Shown: positions 11,480 through 20,852, numbered from the stretch's first letter. The stretch: DNA of 64,000 nt from Candidatus Tyrphobacter sp. (GCA_036567865.1 DATCTQ010000023.1:15995-79994); one strand, 5' to 3'. Notes: generated by a model from the sequence alone, not told the origin. Numbers and translations: made by a program.

Positions 11480-13111
11480 TCACGCTTCCGATTTCTTGCG
11501 ATCTTCGGCGGCCTTGAGGTTGGCCACATACTGGTCCAGAAGCTCGAGGTCGCCCGAGGTACGTAGAATCTGAATCTGATGCTTGCGCCAGTCATGTTTT
11601 TGCGATCGCAGCAGCGGCAAGCCCCGGTGGCGCCGGTAGATGAAGTAGAGAAGCACCCCTAGCATGAGCCAGGACGGACCCGCGATGCGTCCGATCGGGT
11701 GCGTGATCAGCGTGAACACGAGGATCGAGACGATACCGATGAAGCCGAGAATTCCCAGGATCGGGATCCCGGTCTGTACGCCGCGAAACCGTACGGGCAG
11801 GTTGATCGGGATCTTGAATTTGCGCGGACTGAACGGATCGATGAGTCGCAGTGCGATGAGCGCGAGAAAGACAAACGAGTAACTCGTCGCGGCTCCGAAT
11901 GCGTAAAGATCGGCGAGGAAGTCGAGCCCGCTCTCGCCGTGGAAGAATCGCGCGTAGATCGACATTGCCCTAGGAAAGAGCGAGGGCATTGCCGCGAAGA
12001 GCAGCGTCACGGCGGCGAGCCCGCAAAAGGCGGCGATCGACACGGCCGGCGTGCGAAAACGCGCGTGAACGCGCTGAAAGATCGAGGGCAGCAAATCCGA
12101 GCGGCTCATCGAGTATGCGATGCGCGAGCTGCCGAAGACGCCCGAATTCGAGGAGATGAGCAGCAAGACGGCGCCGAGAACCGGAACGTAGAGGGCCGCG
12201 AGCGCGCCCCAGTACGGGACCTGCGCCGCAAGCAGCGCCACGGCTTTGCCTTGGTTGTCCGGGCTGGACGGGAAAATCTGCCAGAACTGCAGATAATGCC
12301 CGTGACCGTCCGGAATCGGATGCCACGGCTGCATGCCGAGCGCGAGGTTGGAATAGGCGAGCGCGAAGATCAAGATCGTCAGAATCAAGGCAACCGAGGT
12401 GCGAGGGATGATCGAAGCCGGGCGGTAGGTCTCCTGCGCTGCCTGCGAGATGGACTCCAGGCCGACGAACGAGATAATCGCAAGCGACGTGCCGAGCATC
12501 AAGTGATACGGGCTCGGCCAACTTGCCTGCATGGTGTGAATCAACAACTCCGGACGAAACGCGAAGAGGAATCCGAAGCAGAGGATTGCCGTTTCGCTCA
12601 ACACGTCGAGAGCGGCGACGACGCCGTTGAAGGCCGTGCTCTCGCGCACGCCGATGATGTTGAGTACGCAGAGCCCGACGATGAGGCCGAGCACGACCAG
12701 AAAGTGCACCCACGGATGCACCGATCCGACGAGCACGGGAAGGAGTTGGCTCGAATAGTCGACGCAGCTCCACGCGAAGAGCGTGATGTCGATGGTGAAG
12801 TCGAGCAACACCGCCCACCCGGCGATGAAGCCGACGAGATCGCCGAGCCCACGCAGCACGAAGTACGGACCGCCGCCCGCGAATGGATATGCGGCCGCAA
12901 GTTCGGTGTACGCCAGACCGATGCAGACATAGACGATGCCGGCGAAGAGGAAGGCGACGTTGGAGGCACCCGCGGCTGCGGCGAGGACCAAGCCGAGTCC
13001 GATGAAGATATCGGCCCCGACATCCGAATAGCCCCACGCGAAGGAGCCCCACGGCGTGACGGCGCGGCGCAGCTCCGGCGCGCGTGCTTGGGCGATCCCT
13101 TTCTGGGCCAT
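11480..13111 (-). CDS. APC-family amino acid permease
   Basis: The internal ATG at 13111 shares 1 nt with the yraN stop (TGATG). It has about 12 TM segments. The N-terminus WGSFAWGYSDVGADIFIGLGLV is typical of amino acid/polyamine/organocation permeases. Confidence 0.85.
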   Translation of the reverse strand: MAQKGIAQARAPELRRAVTPWGSFAWGYSDVGADIFIGLGLVLAAAAGASNVAFLFAGIVYVCIGLAYTELAAAYPFAGGGPYFVLRGLGDLVGFIAGWAVLLDFTIDITLFAWSCVDYSSQLLPVLVGSVHPWVHFLVVLGLIVGLCVLNIIGVRESTAFNGVVAALDVLSETAILCFGFLFAFRPELLIHTMQASWPSPYHLMLGTSLAIISFVGLESISQAAQETYRPASIIPRTSVALILTILIFALAYSNLALGMQPWHPIPDGHGHYLQFWQIFPSSPDNQGKAVALLAAQVPYWGALAALYVPVLGAVLLLISSNSGVFGSSRIAYSMSRSDLLPSIFQRVHARFRTPAVSIAAFCGLAAVTLLFAAMPSLFPRAMSIYARFFHGESGLDFLADLYAFGAATSYSFVFLALIALRLIDPFSPRKFKIPINLPVRFRGVQTGIPILGILGFIGIVSILVFTLITHPIGRIAGPSWLMLGVLLYFIYRRHRGLPLLRSQKHDWRKHQIQILRTSGDLELLDQYVANLKAAEDRKKSEA

Positions 13112-13449
13112 CAAAAGGCGTTCCGGTGTAGCGTCGTGCGACCGCCGTCGAGAGCGACGACGTCGAAGCGGATGCGGGCGGTCGGCGCGACGATCTGCGC
13201 GTAGTCGGCGGCTAGCGCGCGCAGCCTCGTGCGCTTGCGCGCATCGACTGCGGAAAGCGCCGAGCCGAAGCTCGTGCAATCGCGACGCTTCACCTCGACG
13301 AAAACGAGCGTACCGCTCTCGACGCAGATGAGATCGATCTCGCCGCCGGGTAGCCGCGCATTGCGTTGCAAGACGCGGTAGCCGCGTGCGCGCAGGAAAG
13401 CCTCGGCGCGCGATTCACCCTGGCTCCCTTTCTCACGCGTGCTAACCAT
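13111..13449 (-). CDS. yraN: YraN family endonuclease (UPF0102)
   Basis: GESRAEAFLRARGYRVLQRNARLPGGEIDLI and LVFVEVKRR motifs. The start MVSTREKG was chosen; an alternative ATG is at 13458. It overlaps the rnhB stop. Confidence 0.8.
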   Translation of the reverse strand: MVSTREKGSQGESRAEAFLRARGYRVLQRNARLPGGEIDLICVESGTLVFVEVKRRDCTSFGSALSAVDARKRTRLRALAADYAQIVAPTARIRFDVVALDGGRTTLHRNAF

Positions 13450-14131
13450 CGGTATCATGGCCGAAGAGGGCGAGCATCGACGCTTGCACGCGGGCCCAGT
13501 TCGCGCGGTGGTGGACGCAGGGGCCATAGCGCTCGAGCGCCGCGAGGTGCTCCGGCGTCGAATAGCCTTTGTGCGAAGCGAAGCCGTAGCGAGGATCCTC
13601 GCGGTCGAGATCCTGGAGCAGCGCGTCGCGGTGCACCTTCGCCACGATGGACGCTGCCGCGACGACGGCGCAACGCTCGTCGCCTTTGATCAGCGGCTCC
13701 TGCGGCCCAGCAAACGATCGAATGCGCATCGCGTCCGTGATGAGATACTCCGGCATGCAGGAGAGTGCCGCGATTGCGCGCTCCATGGCCATCAGGCTCG
13801 CGCGATAGATGTTGAAGCGGTCGATCTCTTCGACGCTAGCCGACCCGACGGCCCAAGCCTCGGCGCGTTCCTTGATTTCTTCGGCGAGGCGCCGGCGCAA
13901 CTCGGGTTGCACCTGCTTGGAGTCGTTGAGTCCGGGCAGCATCAACGGCTCGCGGGCGACGACGCAGGCGGCGATGACCGGGCCGGCGAGCGGGCCGCGC
14001 CCCACCTCGTCGATGCCGCCGATCAAGACGAAGCCCCGCTCGCGCGCCGAGCATTCAAAGCGGTGAAGGCGATGAAGCCTGCGCCGCTCGCGCTCGTAGG
14101 TCGTCTTCGCTTTACGTTGCTTCTGCGTCAT
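13442..14131 (-). CDS. rnhB: ribonuclease HII
   Basis: GIDEVGRGPLAGPV, DSKQ and ASIVAKVHRD motifs. It occupies the conserved position after rbgA. Confidence 0.9.
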   Translation of the reverse strand: MTQKQRKAKTTYERERRRLHRLHRFECSARERGFVLIGGIDEVGRGPLAGPVIAACVVAREPLMLPGLNDSKQVQPELRRRLAEEIKERAEAWAVGSASVEEIDRFNIYRASLMAMERAIAALSCMPEYLITDAMRIRSFAGPQEPLIKGDERCAVVAAASIVAKVHRDALLQDLDREDPRYGFASHKGYSTPEHLAALERYGPCVHHRANWARVQASMLALFGHDTDG

Positions 14132-14906
14132 CCGGCGATTCGAGCGAGATGCGTCCGAACTTCCCGGCTTCGAACGCTCGGAGGTAGGATTGCGCCGCGG
14201 TGTGCTCGTCGACCTTGCCTCCGCGCCGGACGAAACCGCGCTCCGCCGCGAAGGCCTCCGGCACCGGAACGGCGCGCAGCCCGCGGTGCGCGGCCCACTG
14301 GGCCAAGTTTCGCGCCACCTGCTCCGGATCGTAGCGCTCGCTCGGAACGGCGCCGACGGCGGCCAGCTTCCATTGTGAAGCCGGGGAGGCGATCTTGGGT
14401 GGAAGGATCCCCGGCGTATCCATCACCTCTACGTGTGGCGAGAGGCGAAACCATTGCGTGCGCCGCGTGATGCCCGCGCGGTTTTCCGTCTTTGCCGCGG
14501 CGCGCCGCAACAGGGCGTTGACGATCGAAGACTTCCCGGAGTTGGGGATGCCGACGATCATTGCGCGCGTCGTTCCCCGCTTCGCGTCTGCGGCGAGCAG
14601 CGTGGCGATGCGCGCGCCGCTACGCTGCTCCCGTGCGTTGACGGCAACCGCGGTGATGCCGCGCCGGGCGAAATCCTCCAGCCAGGAGCGCGTCGCCGAC
14701 GGCTCGGCGAGATCGCTGCGGGTGAGTGCGACGATCCGCCGCTTGCCCCTGCCCTGAGCCTGTCGAAGGGCACGATCGAGCAGCGGGTTTGCGCCGCTAC
14801 GCGGCACGCGCGCGTCGATCGCTTCTACGACCACGTCCACGAGCGAGAGCGACTCGCCGATCCGGCGCATGGCCCGCGCCATGTGGCCGGGATACCATTG
14901 AATCAC
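14112..14906 (-). CDS. rbgA: ribosome biogenesis GTPase A (YlqF/RbgA)
   Basis: N-terminus MIQWYPGHMARA. The GTPase motifs appear in circularly permuted order: LTRSDL, GIPNSGKSS, DTPGIL. Confidence 0.9.
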   Translation of the reverse strand: MIQWYPGHMARAMRRIGESLSLVDVVVEAIDARVPRSGANPLLDRALRQAQGRGKRRIVALTRSDLAEPSATRSWLEDFARRGITAVAVNAREQRSGARIATLLAADAKRGTTRAMIVGIPNSGKSSIVNALLRRAAAKTENRAGITRRTQWFRLSPHVEVMDTPGILPPKIASPASQWKLAAVGAVPSERYDPEQVARNLAQWAAHRGLRAVPVPEAFAAERGFVRRGGKVDEHTAAQSYLRAFEAGKFGRISLESPDDAEAT

Positions 14907-15424
14907 AATGCGTGTAGTGCGCCGGGCGGCCAGATGCCGGCGAGGGCCTTGCCGATCAGCGCGGATTCCGGCACGCAGCCGAAGACGCGCGAATCCTCGC
15001 TGTCGGCGCGGTTGTCACCCAGCACGTACACCGAGTTCGGCGGAACGAGCGTTGCCGGAAAACTGCGCCGGTCCCGAAAGCGCACGTATGGTTCGCGAAT
15101 CCGCCGGCCGTTCACGAAAACGATCCCGCGGCGAATTTCGATACGGTTCCCGGGAATGCCGATGATGCGCTTGATGTAGACGCTCGAGCTCGAGCCGCTC
15201 TCGGAATCTCCGTGGCGAAACGCAACGATGTCGCCTCTGGTAGGGCGCATGAAACGGTAGGCGAGCGTGTCGATGAGCACGTACTCGCCGGAGTCGATTT
15301 GCGGTTCCATCGAGCGGCCCGAAACCTGAGGCGTTCGGACGAAGAATGCGGCGATCAGCACGCATAGGAGCGCGATCTCCAGGATCAGGCTCAGGATCGA
15401 GCGCCAACTCAGGAGCCGCGACAC
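14903..15424 (-). CDS. lepB: signal peptidase I (copy 3 of 3 in transcription order)
   Basis: TM anchor, catalytic Ser box VSGRSMEP, Lys box YIKRIIGIPGN, and LGDNRADSEDSRVFG box. Confidence 0.85.
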   Translation of the reverse strand: MSRLLSWRSILSLILEIALLCVLIAAFFVRTPQVSGRSMEPQIDSGEYVLIDTLAYRFMRPTRGDIVAFRHGDSESGSSSSVYIKRIIGIPGNRIEIRRGIVFVNGRRIREPYVRFRDRRSFPATLVPPNSVYVLGDNRADSEDSRVFGCVPESALIGKALAGIWPPGALHAL

Positions 15425-15457
15425 GACGGAGCGCTTCGACTCCCCAAACGGCGCGGC

Positions 15458-16204
15458 CTATCCGTGCAGGATTCGAAACTGCGACGGCGGCCAGAAGATG
15501 AGGAACGCGCGCCCCGTGAAACCCGCACCACCGCCCTTCCGCGGCCCGGCGTCGAAGCGCCCGGAATCCTGCGCGAATCCCCACACGCGCGAATCCTCCG
15601 AGTCGTTGCGATTGTCACCGAGCATGATATAGCAATGCGGCGGAATGCGATTGGGAGCCGTCCACATCGAGCGCGGCGGGACGTTCGCCTCCATCGGGTT
15701 TAGCGGCTGCCAACCGCCGCCGTCGTCGACGTAGATACCGTAGTTGCGTATCTCGAGGTTGAAGTCGGGATTCGGTCTTTCAGCGGTATACGGTTCGTTC
15801 AATCGCGTGCCGTTGCGGTAGACGACGCCGTGGACGATGCGGAACTCGTCGCCCGGCAAGCCGATGACGCGCTTGATGAAGTCGTCAGGCGACGGAATCG
15901 GCGGCGGAAAGACGACGATGTCACCCTCGTGAGGTCGATGAAAACGGTATTCGAACTTGTCGACGAGAAGGACGTCGCCGACGGCGAGCGTCGGGACCAT
16001 CGATGCCGACGGAATATAGTACGTGCGGGCGACGAACGTGATGAGCAGCCACGCGGCGATGCCGGCGACGATGAACGGGTCGAGATACTCGTGTGCGATC
16101 GTGCGCGTCCGGCCCCGGGATTGCGCGACCAGCGGCGGAAGGCTCAAAACCAGGCGCGCCAGCGCGATGATGAGGACGAGGGCAAGCAATTCGTAGGGCG
16201 TCAT
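15458..16204 (-). CDS. lepB: signal peptidase I (copy 2 of 3)
   Basis: Internal ATG at 16204, preceded by AAGGAAACC. Boxes IPSASMVPTL, FIKRVIGLPGD and LGDNRNDSEDSRVWG are present. The upstream Arg-rich part of ORF 15458..16441 is rejected. Confidence 0.85.
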   Translation of the reverse strand: MTPYELLALVLIIALARLVLSLPPLVAQSRGRTRTIAHEYLDPFIVAGIAAWLLITFVARTYYIPSASMVPTLAVGDVLLVDKFEYRFHRPHEGDIVVFPPPIPSPDDFIKRVIGLPGDEFRIVHGVVYRNGTRLNEPYTAERPNPDFNLEIRNYGIYVDDGGGWQPLNPMEANVPPRSMWTAPNRIPPHCYIMLGDNRNDSEDSRVWGFAQDSGRFDAGPRKGGGAGFTGRAFLIFWPPSQFRILHG

Positions 16205-16230
16205 GGTTTCCTTACTTGTAAGGCTCGGGG

Positions 16231-16851
16231 CTAGTGCAGAACGCGGATGCGGTCGGGCGGCCAGACCACCATCACGGCGCGGCCGATGAACTCGGCCTGG
16301 ACGTGCCTGCGAGCCAGCGGTCCCGCGGCGAAGGGCCCGCGGAGCTGTGCGAAGCCCCACTGATGCGAATCGTCCGAATAGTTTCGATTGTCGCCGAGCA
16401 TCAGGTAAAAGCCTGCCGGGATCCGATCGGGTACGCGCCACATCGATCGCGGCGGGATATCCGCGGAGGCGGGATCGAGCGCGACCCCATCGACCTCGAT
16501 CGTATCGTGCGTGACGGCGAGATCGTAGATCGGCGCTTCGTTTACGTAGGGTTCCGGAACGGTGCGGCCGTCACGATAGAGGACTCCGTTCGCGATGCGA
16601 ATCGTATCGCCGGGGATGCCGACGACGCGCTTGATGAACGGGGTCCCGTTCGAAGAAAGCGGCGGCATGAAGACGGCGAGATCGCCCAAGCGAGGCGGAT
16701 GCAAGCGATAGGCTACCTCGTCGACGAGGATGGTATCGCGCACTTGCAGCGTCGGGATCATCGAGATCGAAGGAATCGAAAAAGGCCGCAGCGCGAAGAT
16801 GAAGAGGAGTAACAAAAAAAGCGCGACGGCGATCGCAGCTTCGAGAAGAAT
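16231..16851 (-). CDS. lepB: signal peptidase I (copy 1 of 3); start codon uncertain
   Basis: Boxes IPSISMIPTL, FIKRVVGIPGD and LGDNRNYSDDSHQWG. There is no ATG/GTG/TTG between the rplS stop (16887) and the TM helix. ATT at 16851 is the only near-canonical option, so the 5' end is provisional. Confidence 0.7.
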   Translation of the reverse strand: MLLEAAIAVALFLLLLFIFALRPFSIPSISMIPTLQVRDTILVDEVAYRLHPPRLGDLAVFMPPLSSNGTPFIKRVVGIPGDTIRIANGVLYRDGRTVPEPYVNEAPIYDLAVTHDTIEVDGVALDPASADIPPRSMWRVPDRIPAGFYLMLGDNRNYSDDSHQWGFAQLRGPFAAGPLARRHVQAEFIGRAVMVVWPPDRIRVLH

Positions 16852-16886
16852 GCGGACGGAACGCGAAAGCCGCGGGGGACCGTCGG

Positions 16887-17237
16887 CTATTTCGGGGACC
16901 TCTTCTCCTTGATGCGCGCGGCCTTCCCGACTTTTTCGCTCAAGTAGTAGAGACGACTGCGACGGACCACGCCGCGCTTGCCGACCTCGATGCGCTCGAC
17001 CCGCGGGCTGTGCAGCAGAAACGTCTTCTCGACGCCGACGCCGTGGGCGACGCGCCGAACGGTGATCGACTCCGCGCTTCCGCCCCCTTTGCGCACGGTC
17101 ACGACGCCCTCGAACATCTGGACGCGCTCTTTGCCGCCCTCGATGACCTTCGAGTAGACTTTGACCGTATCGCCCGCGCGAAAATCGGGGACCTGGTCCT
17201 TCCGCTGCTCGCGGTTGACGAGATCGATGACGTTCAT
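16887..17237 (-). CDS. rplS: 50S ribosomal protein L19
   Basis: The last 116 aa of ORF 16887..18278 read [46 protein letters not shown]... This is the classic L19 sequence. Confidence 0.95.
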   Translation of the reverse strand: MNVIDLVNREQRKDQVPDFRAGDTVKVYSKVIEGGKERVQMFEGVVTVRKGGGSAESITVRRVAHGVGVEKTFLLHSPRVERIEVGKRGVVRRSRLYYLSEKVGKAARIKEKRSPK

Positions 17238-17290
17238 GATAGCCACGGGATGATAGCATGGCCCGCCCGCGCGCCGCAACTTACGGACTC

Positions 17291-17968
17291 CTAGTGCAGA
17301 AGATCGCGTCGCCGGGCCGCGGTTCGCCTCCGCGACTCCTCGCGGCGCCAGGCGGCGATCGCGGCATGATTGCCGGAAAGGAGCACCTCCGGCACGGCGA
17401 CGCCGCGGAAGACCGCTGGACGCGTGTAGCAGGGATGGTCCAGAAGCCCGCCGCTGAAGGAGTCGGCGTCGCGCGATTCGGGCTGGAGCACCCCCTCGAC
17501 CAGGCGCACCGTCGCGTCCATGAATGCCAGCGCCGGAAGCTCGCCGCCGGTCACCACGAAGTTGCCGAGTGAGTATTCTTCGATCGGGTAGAGATCGCCG
17601 AGGCGTTCGTCTATGCCCTCGTAGTGGCCGCATACGAGGATCAGGCGCTCGAGGCCGGCCAGCCTCCGCGCGATCGATTGCGAGAACGGCGTGCCCGCCG
17701 GGCTCGGAACGACGATCGCGCGGCGTTCCTGCGGCGACCCAGCCAGCAGATCGTCGAGCACGCGTGCGATCGGCGCGAGGCGCAGCACCATTCCGGCGCC
17801 GCCGCCAAAAGGCTCGTCGTCGGCGCGCTCGCTTCCTTCGACGGCATCGAGCAGATGGTGATATCGGATCTCGGCGAAGCCCGCCTCGACGGCGCGCCCG
17901 ATGATGGAGAGGCCGACGAAGGGCGCGAAGACCTCCGGAAACAGCGTGACGACGTCGATCTCGAGCAC
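17291..17968 (-). CDS. trmD: tRNA (guanine37-N1)-methyltransferase
   Basis: [19 protein letters not shown] and [11 protein letters not shown] motifs. Located upstream of rplS. Confidence 0.95.
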   Translation of the reverse strand: MLEIDVVTLFPEVFAPFVGLSIIGRAVEAGFAEIRYHHLLDAVEGSERADDEPFGGGAGMVLRLAPIARVLDDLLAGSPQERRAIVVPSPAGTPFSQSIARRLAGLERLILVCGHYEGIDERLGDLYPIEEYSLGNFVVTGGELPALAFMDATVRLVEGVLQPESRDADSFSGGLLDHPCYTRPAVFRGVAVPEVLLSGNHAAIAAWRREESRRRTAARRRDLLH

Positions 17969-17973
17969 ACGGC

Positions 17974-18462
17974 ATGGTTAGGTGGCTTGCGGCAATGCTC
18001 CCTCGCAGACGGGAGACGCCGCCGCGAGAGCGCGCCTTGCGTGCGCTCGAACGTGGGGATGCTGCGAAGGCGGAGGCTCTTCTGGACGGACTCTTGGCGG
18101 CGTTCGAGACACCGGCCCGCGAGCGCGCATTCTTGCAGAACAAGCGCGGCGTCGCGCGCATGCGCCAGCTGCGCGCGGAGGCGGCCGCGGAGGATTTCCG
18201 TGCGGCGCTCGCGCTCGATCCGGCCCACGCGCCGGCGCTGGTGAATCTCGGCAACGTTGCGCTCGAGTCGGATCGCATCGAGGAAGCGCTGCAGCGTTAT
18301 GGGGAGGCGGCGGCGGCCGATCCGAATTGCGCTCGCGCCTACGCGGGGGCCTCCGCAGCGTACAAACGCCTTGGGCGATACGACGAGGCGGTGCGTTCCT
18401 GGCAAACCGCGCGGCGTCTGGCGGCGCGCGCTATTTTCTCAAAGGCGCTTCGGCGCTCGTGA
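17974..18462 (+). CDS. TPR-repeat protein
   Basis: 162 aa with TPR-like repeats ([58 protein letters not shown]). Confidence 0.6.
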   Translation: MVRWLAAMLPRRRETPPRERALRALERGDAAKAEALLDGLLAAFETPARERAFLQNKRGVARMRQLRAEAAAEDFRAALALDPAHAPALVNLGNVALESDRIEEALQRYGEAAAADPNCARAYAGASAAYKRLGRYDEAVRSWQTARRLAARAIFSKALRRS

Positions 18463-18904
18463 TCTCTTGGAGGTATTCGAAGAGTTGCGGCAGCGAGATG
18501 CGCTCGAGTCCGGTCTGCGCCGCAGCGGCATCCTCGTCCTCACCCTCGTCGCGAAGATAGCAGCGCGTCTCGACACCGGGCTCGTTCTCGCTGACGAACG
18601 AGACTGCGAAGCCGCGCCCGGGAAGTTCGTCGTAGATGCGCATGGTCTGTGGGTTGATGATTTCGATCGAGTGCGTGGGGTTGTGCGCGTCAAAGACGAG
18701 GATGCGCAGGTGCTCGTAGTTCGTAATTTCGATCGATCCCACGACGAATACGTTCTTGGCCGAAAGAAACTCGTGCCCGCGTTTGCTGCGCGTCGAGACC
18801 TCGTAGAAGACGCGGTGCGCGACGAAGCGATGCAATATCTTGCGTAGGGTCGCCAGGGAGGCGAGCGTCTCGGTACGGTTGCCCCGCGTATAGATGATCT
18901 TCAC
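18431..18904 (-). CDS. hypothetical protein with acidic C-terminal segment
   Basis: 157-aa ORF (MKIIYTRGNRTETLASLATLRKILHRF...) with balanced composition, unlike the artefact ORFs. No family recognised. Its 3' end overlaps the convergent TPR gene by about 30 nt. Confidence 0.5.
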   Translation of the reverse strand: MKIIYTRGNRTETLASLATLRKILHRFVAHRVFYEVSTRSKRGHEFLSAKNVFVVGSIEITNYEHLRILVFDAHNPTHSIEIINPQTMRIYDELPGRGFAVSFVSENEPGVETRCYLRDEGEDEDAAAAQTGLERISLPQLFEYLQEITSAEAPLRK

Positions 18905-18964
18905 GGGTGGACGAGAGGGCTTGCACGGGTCCGCAGGTCTACCCTGCCGAAGCGCTGCCGCGGT

Positions 18965-19171
18965 ATGTTCTCAGTCCCCGACGTCCTCGTGATCTCCGTC
19001 CTCGCGTTGCTGCTCTTCGGACCCGAGCGGTTGCCCAAGGTGATGCGACAGGCCGGACGCATGATGCGCGAGGTTCAGAATACCTCGCAGTCGTTCATCA
19101 CGGAGATGGAGCGCGCCGCCGACGTGCAGGAGCACGCCTCGGCAGAAGAGCCCAGCAATTCAAAGCCCTAG
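18965..19171 (+). CDS. tatA: twin-arginine translocase TatA/TatE family subunit
   Basis: 68 aa. TM helix followed by the FGPERLPK motif and an amphipathic helix. Confidence 0.85.
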   Translation: MFSVPDVLVISVLALLLFGPERLPKVMRQAGRMMREVQNTSQSFITEMERAADVQEHASAEEPSNSKP

Positions 19172-19184
19172 GGAAAGAGCTTCC

Positions 19185-19481
19185 TTAGATATTGAAGGAT
19201 TGGCGAATTTCGGAGATGCGCTGTTGAACGAGTGTGCGCACCTGCTGGTTGATGCGTTCCTTTTGCTCTTCAGGTAGCCGTCGGTACACCAGATAACCCG
19301 CAGCGGAGACAATGCCGCCGAGCAGCCCGAAGAGCAGCGCTTTCCCGACCTCATGGCCGTCGTCGACACGCTCGTAGCTCGCGGATGCGTTCGGCGCAAA
19401 CGGGCCTTGATAACCGTTGCTCGCGGTGTCGGCGCCCGAGCACGGCTGCTCGGGCGGCTTGGCGCGGAAACTCTCAGACAT
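19185..19481 (-). CDS. small membrane protein (YtxH-like architecture)
   Basis: 98 aa with a central TM segment ALLFGLLGGIVSAAGYLVY and a helical, charged C-terminus. It sits where rpmA would be expected but is not L27. Confidence 0.5.
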   Translation of the reverse strand: MSESFRAKPPEQPCSGADTASNGYQGPFAPNASASYERVDDGHEVGKALLFGLLGGIVSAAGYLVYRRLPEEQKERINQQVRTLVQQRISEIRQSFNI

Positions 19482-19511
19482 GGGGACCTCCTTTCGCGAC
19501 TGAGGATACTC

Positions 19512-19847
19512 TTACCCGGTTCGTGCAAGCCGCCGGCGTATGCAAACGTGCGAGGGGTATTGTTTGGCGATGCGAGCAATCGACAGCTCCGCCGTCGCGA
19601 CGATCGCCCGCACGGCCGCGTCGTCCCGGGCTTTCGCGGGCCAGCGTAGACGGAAGTCGCCCGGGCGTTGGACGGCCCGCACGAGAAGGCCGGCATGCTC
19701 TTCTAGCCCGAGGCGCGCGGCTTGGAGAATCGCCGAGGCCGCGGCGCACACGACGTCCTCGCCGTACGCACCGGCCTTCGCATGACCGCGGGCAAGAATC
19801 GAGGTAGTCCGCTTACGGCCGTCCCGGTAGAAGGTCACCTCGAGCAT
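19512..19847 (-). CDS. prp: ribosomal-processing cysteine protease Prp
   Basis: His/Cys dyad context ARGHAKAGAYGEDVVCAAASAILQ. Located immediately downstream of rplU. Confidence 0.8.
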   Translation of the reverse strand: MLEVTFYRDGRKRTTSILARGHAKAGAYGEDVVCAAASAILQAARLGLEEHAGLLVRAVQRPGDFRLRWPAKARDDAAVRAIVATAELSIARIAKQYPSHVCIRRRLARTG

Positions 19848-19854
19848 CGCACGC

Positions 19855-20166
19855 CTAGGCGACGCTGATCTTCGTGATCTTGACTTCGGCGAAGTGTTGC
19901 CGGTGGCCGGAGAGTTTGCGCACGCGTTTCTTCGGCTTGTAGTGAAAGACGAGGATCTTCTTTTCGCGACCGCGGCGGACGACGGTCCCCGTCACCGTGG
20001 CGCCGGCGAGCGTCGGGGAGCCAACCTTGACCGCCTCGCCGGATCCGGCGAGGACCACGCGGTCAAAGGTGACGTCTGCTCCCGCCTCGTTCGAGAGGTC
20101 GCAGCGAATGACGTCGCCCTCGGCGACCCGGTACTGCTTGCCGCCGGTCTCGATGATCGCGTACAT
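19855..20166 (-). CDS. rplU: 50S ribosomal protein L21
   Basis: MYAIIETGGKQYRVAEGDVI... is the classic L21 N-terminus. 103 aa. Confidence 0.95.
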   Translation of the reverse strand: MYAIIETGGKQYRVAEGDVIRCDLSNEAGADVTFDRVVLAGSGEAVKVGSPTLAGATVTGTVVRRGREKKILVFHYKPKKRVRKLSGHRQHFAEVKITKISVA

Positions 20167-20210
20167 GACCTCGGTACGATAGCAACGCCCGCAGGGGATG
20201 TCAACGGCGC

Positions 20211-20239
20211 TTGACGGCCCGCTCTCGGCGTGCTAGAGT
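20211..20239 (+). promoter_or_regulatory. sigma70-like promoter candidate
   Basis: TTGACG, 17-nt spacer, TAGAGT. AAGGAG lies about 10 nt before the ATG at 20280. Confidence 0.35.
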
Positions 20240-20279
20240 AGTCTGAAAAATAGAATAATCTGCAAGGAGCGCTAAAAAT

Positions 20280-20852
20280 ATGGAGCCCTCGGAAGCCCGC
20301 GAGCACTTGGAGATGGCCGAGCGCATCGTCGCCGCCTCCACCCGACATCTCTCGATGCGATACGCCGCACCTTCCTTCATCGTCTGGGGGGTGGCGAGCG
20401 GCACCGTCGATCTCATCTACGGGCTCATCGCACGCGGGTTCGTTCCGCCGGCGACGCAGTGGATCGGCGCAGCGCTACTCGCCGGAGCGGTGATCTTCAG
20501 CGCGGTCTACGGAAGGAGAACGAGAAACCTCGAGTGCGGCCTCACGTTTCTTCAGCGCGAGTTTCTCAACGTACTCTGGATCGCGATGAGCGTGGCGTTC
20601 GTCGTGATGGTCGGCGGATGGAACATCTTTCCGCTCTTCGCGATGGGAGCGATATGGGCCGTCGCCGCCTCTATCGTGCTCTTTTACATCGGATTGCACG
20701 AGAACCGTCGCGCACTCTCAGGCGGCATCATTCTCGTCGGCTCGATCGTCATCGGCAACTTCATGCCCTCGATCGTCGGCTACGTCTTGGCCGCGGGCTT
20801 CTACCTCGGCTATGCCGGTTTCGGCATCGCCGAGCTGCTGGCCCGTGCATGA
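20280..20852 (+). CDS. multi-pass membrane protein, hypothetical
   Basis: 190 aa with five or six hydrophobic helices. First gene of a translationally coupled five-gene operon. Confidence 0.6.
   Translation: MEPSEAREHLEMAERIVAASTRHLSMRYAAPSFIVWGVASGTVDLIYGLIARGFVPPATQWIGAALLAGAVIFSAVYGRRTRNLECGLTFLQREFLNVLWIAMSVAFVVMVGGWNIFPLFAMGAIWAVAASIVLFYIGLHENRRALSGGIILVGSIVIGNFMPSIVGYVLAAGFYLGYAGFGIAELLARA

Noticed and set aside
16887-18278. 463-aa ORF that appears to fuse upstream sequence to L19
   Set aside because: Only the last 116 aa are L19. The upstream part is an Arg/Ala/Ser-rich frame overlapping trmD and the TPR gene.
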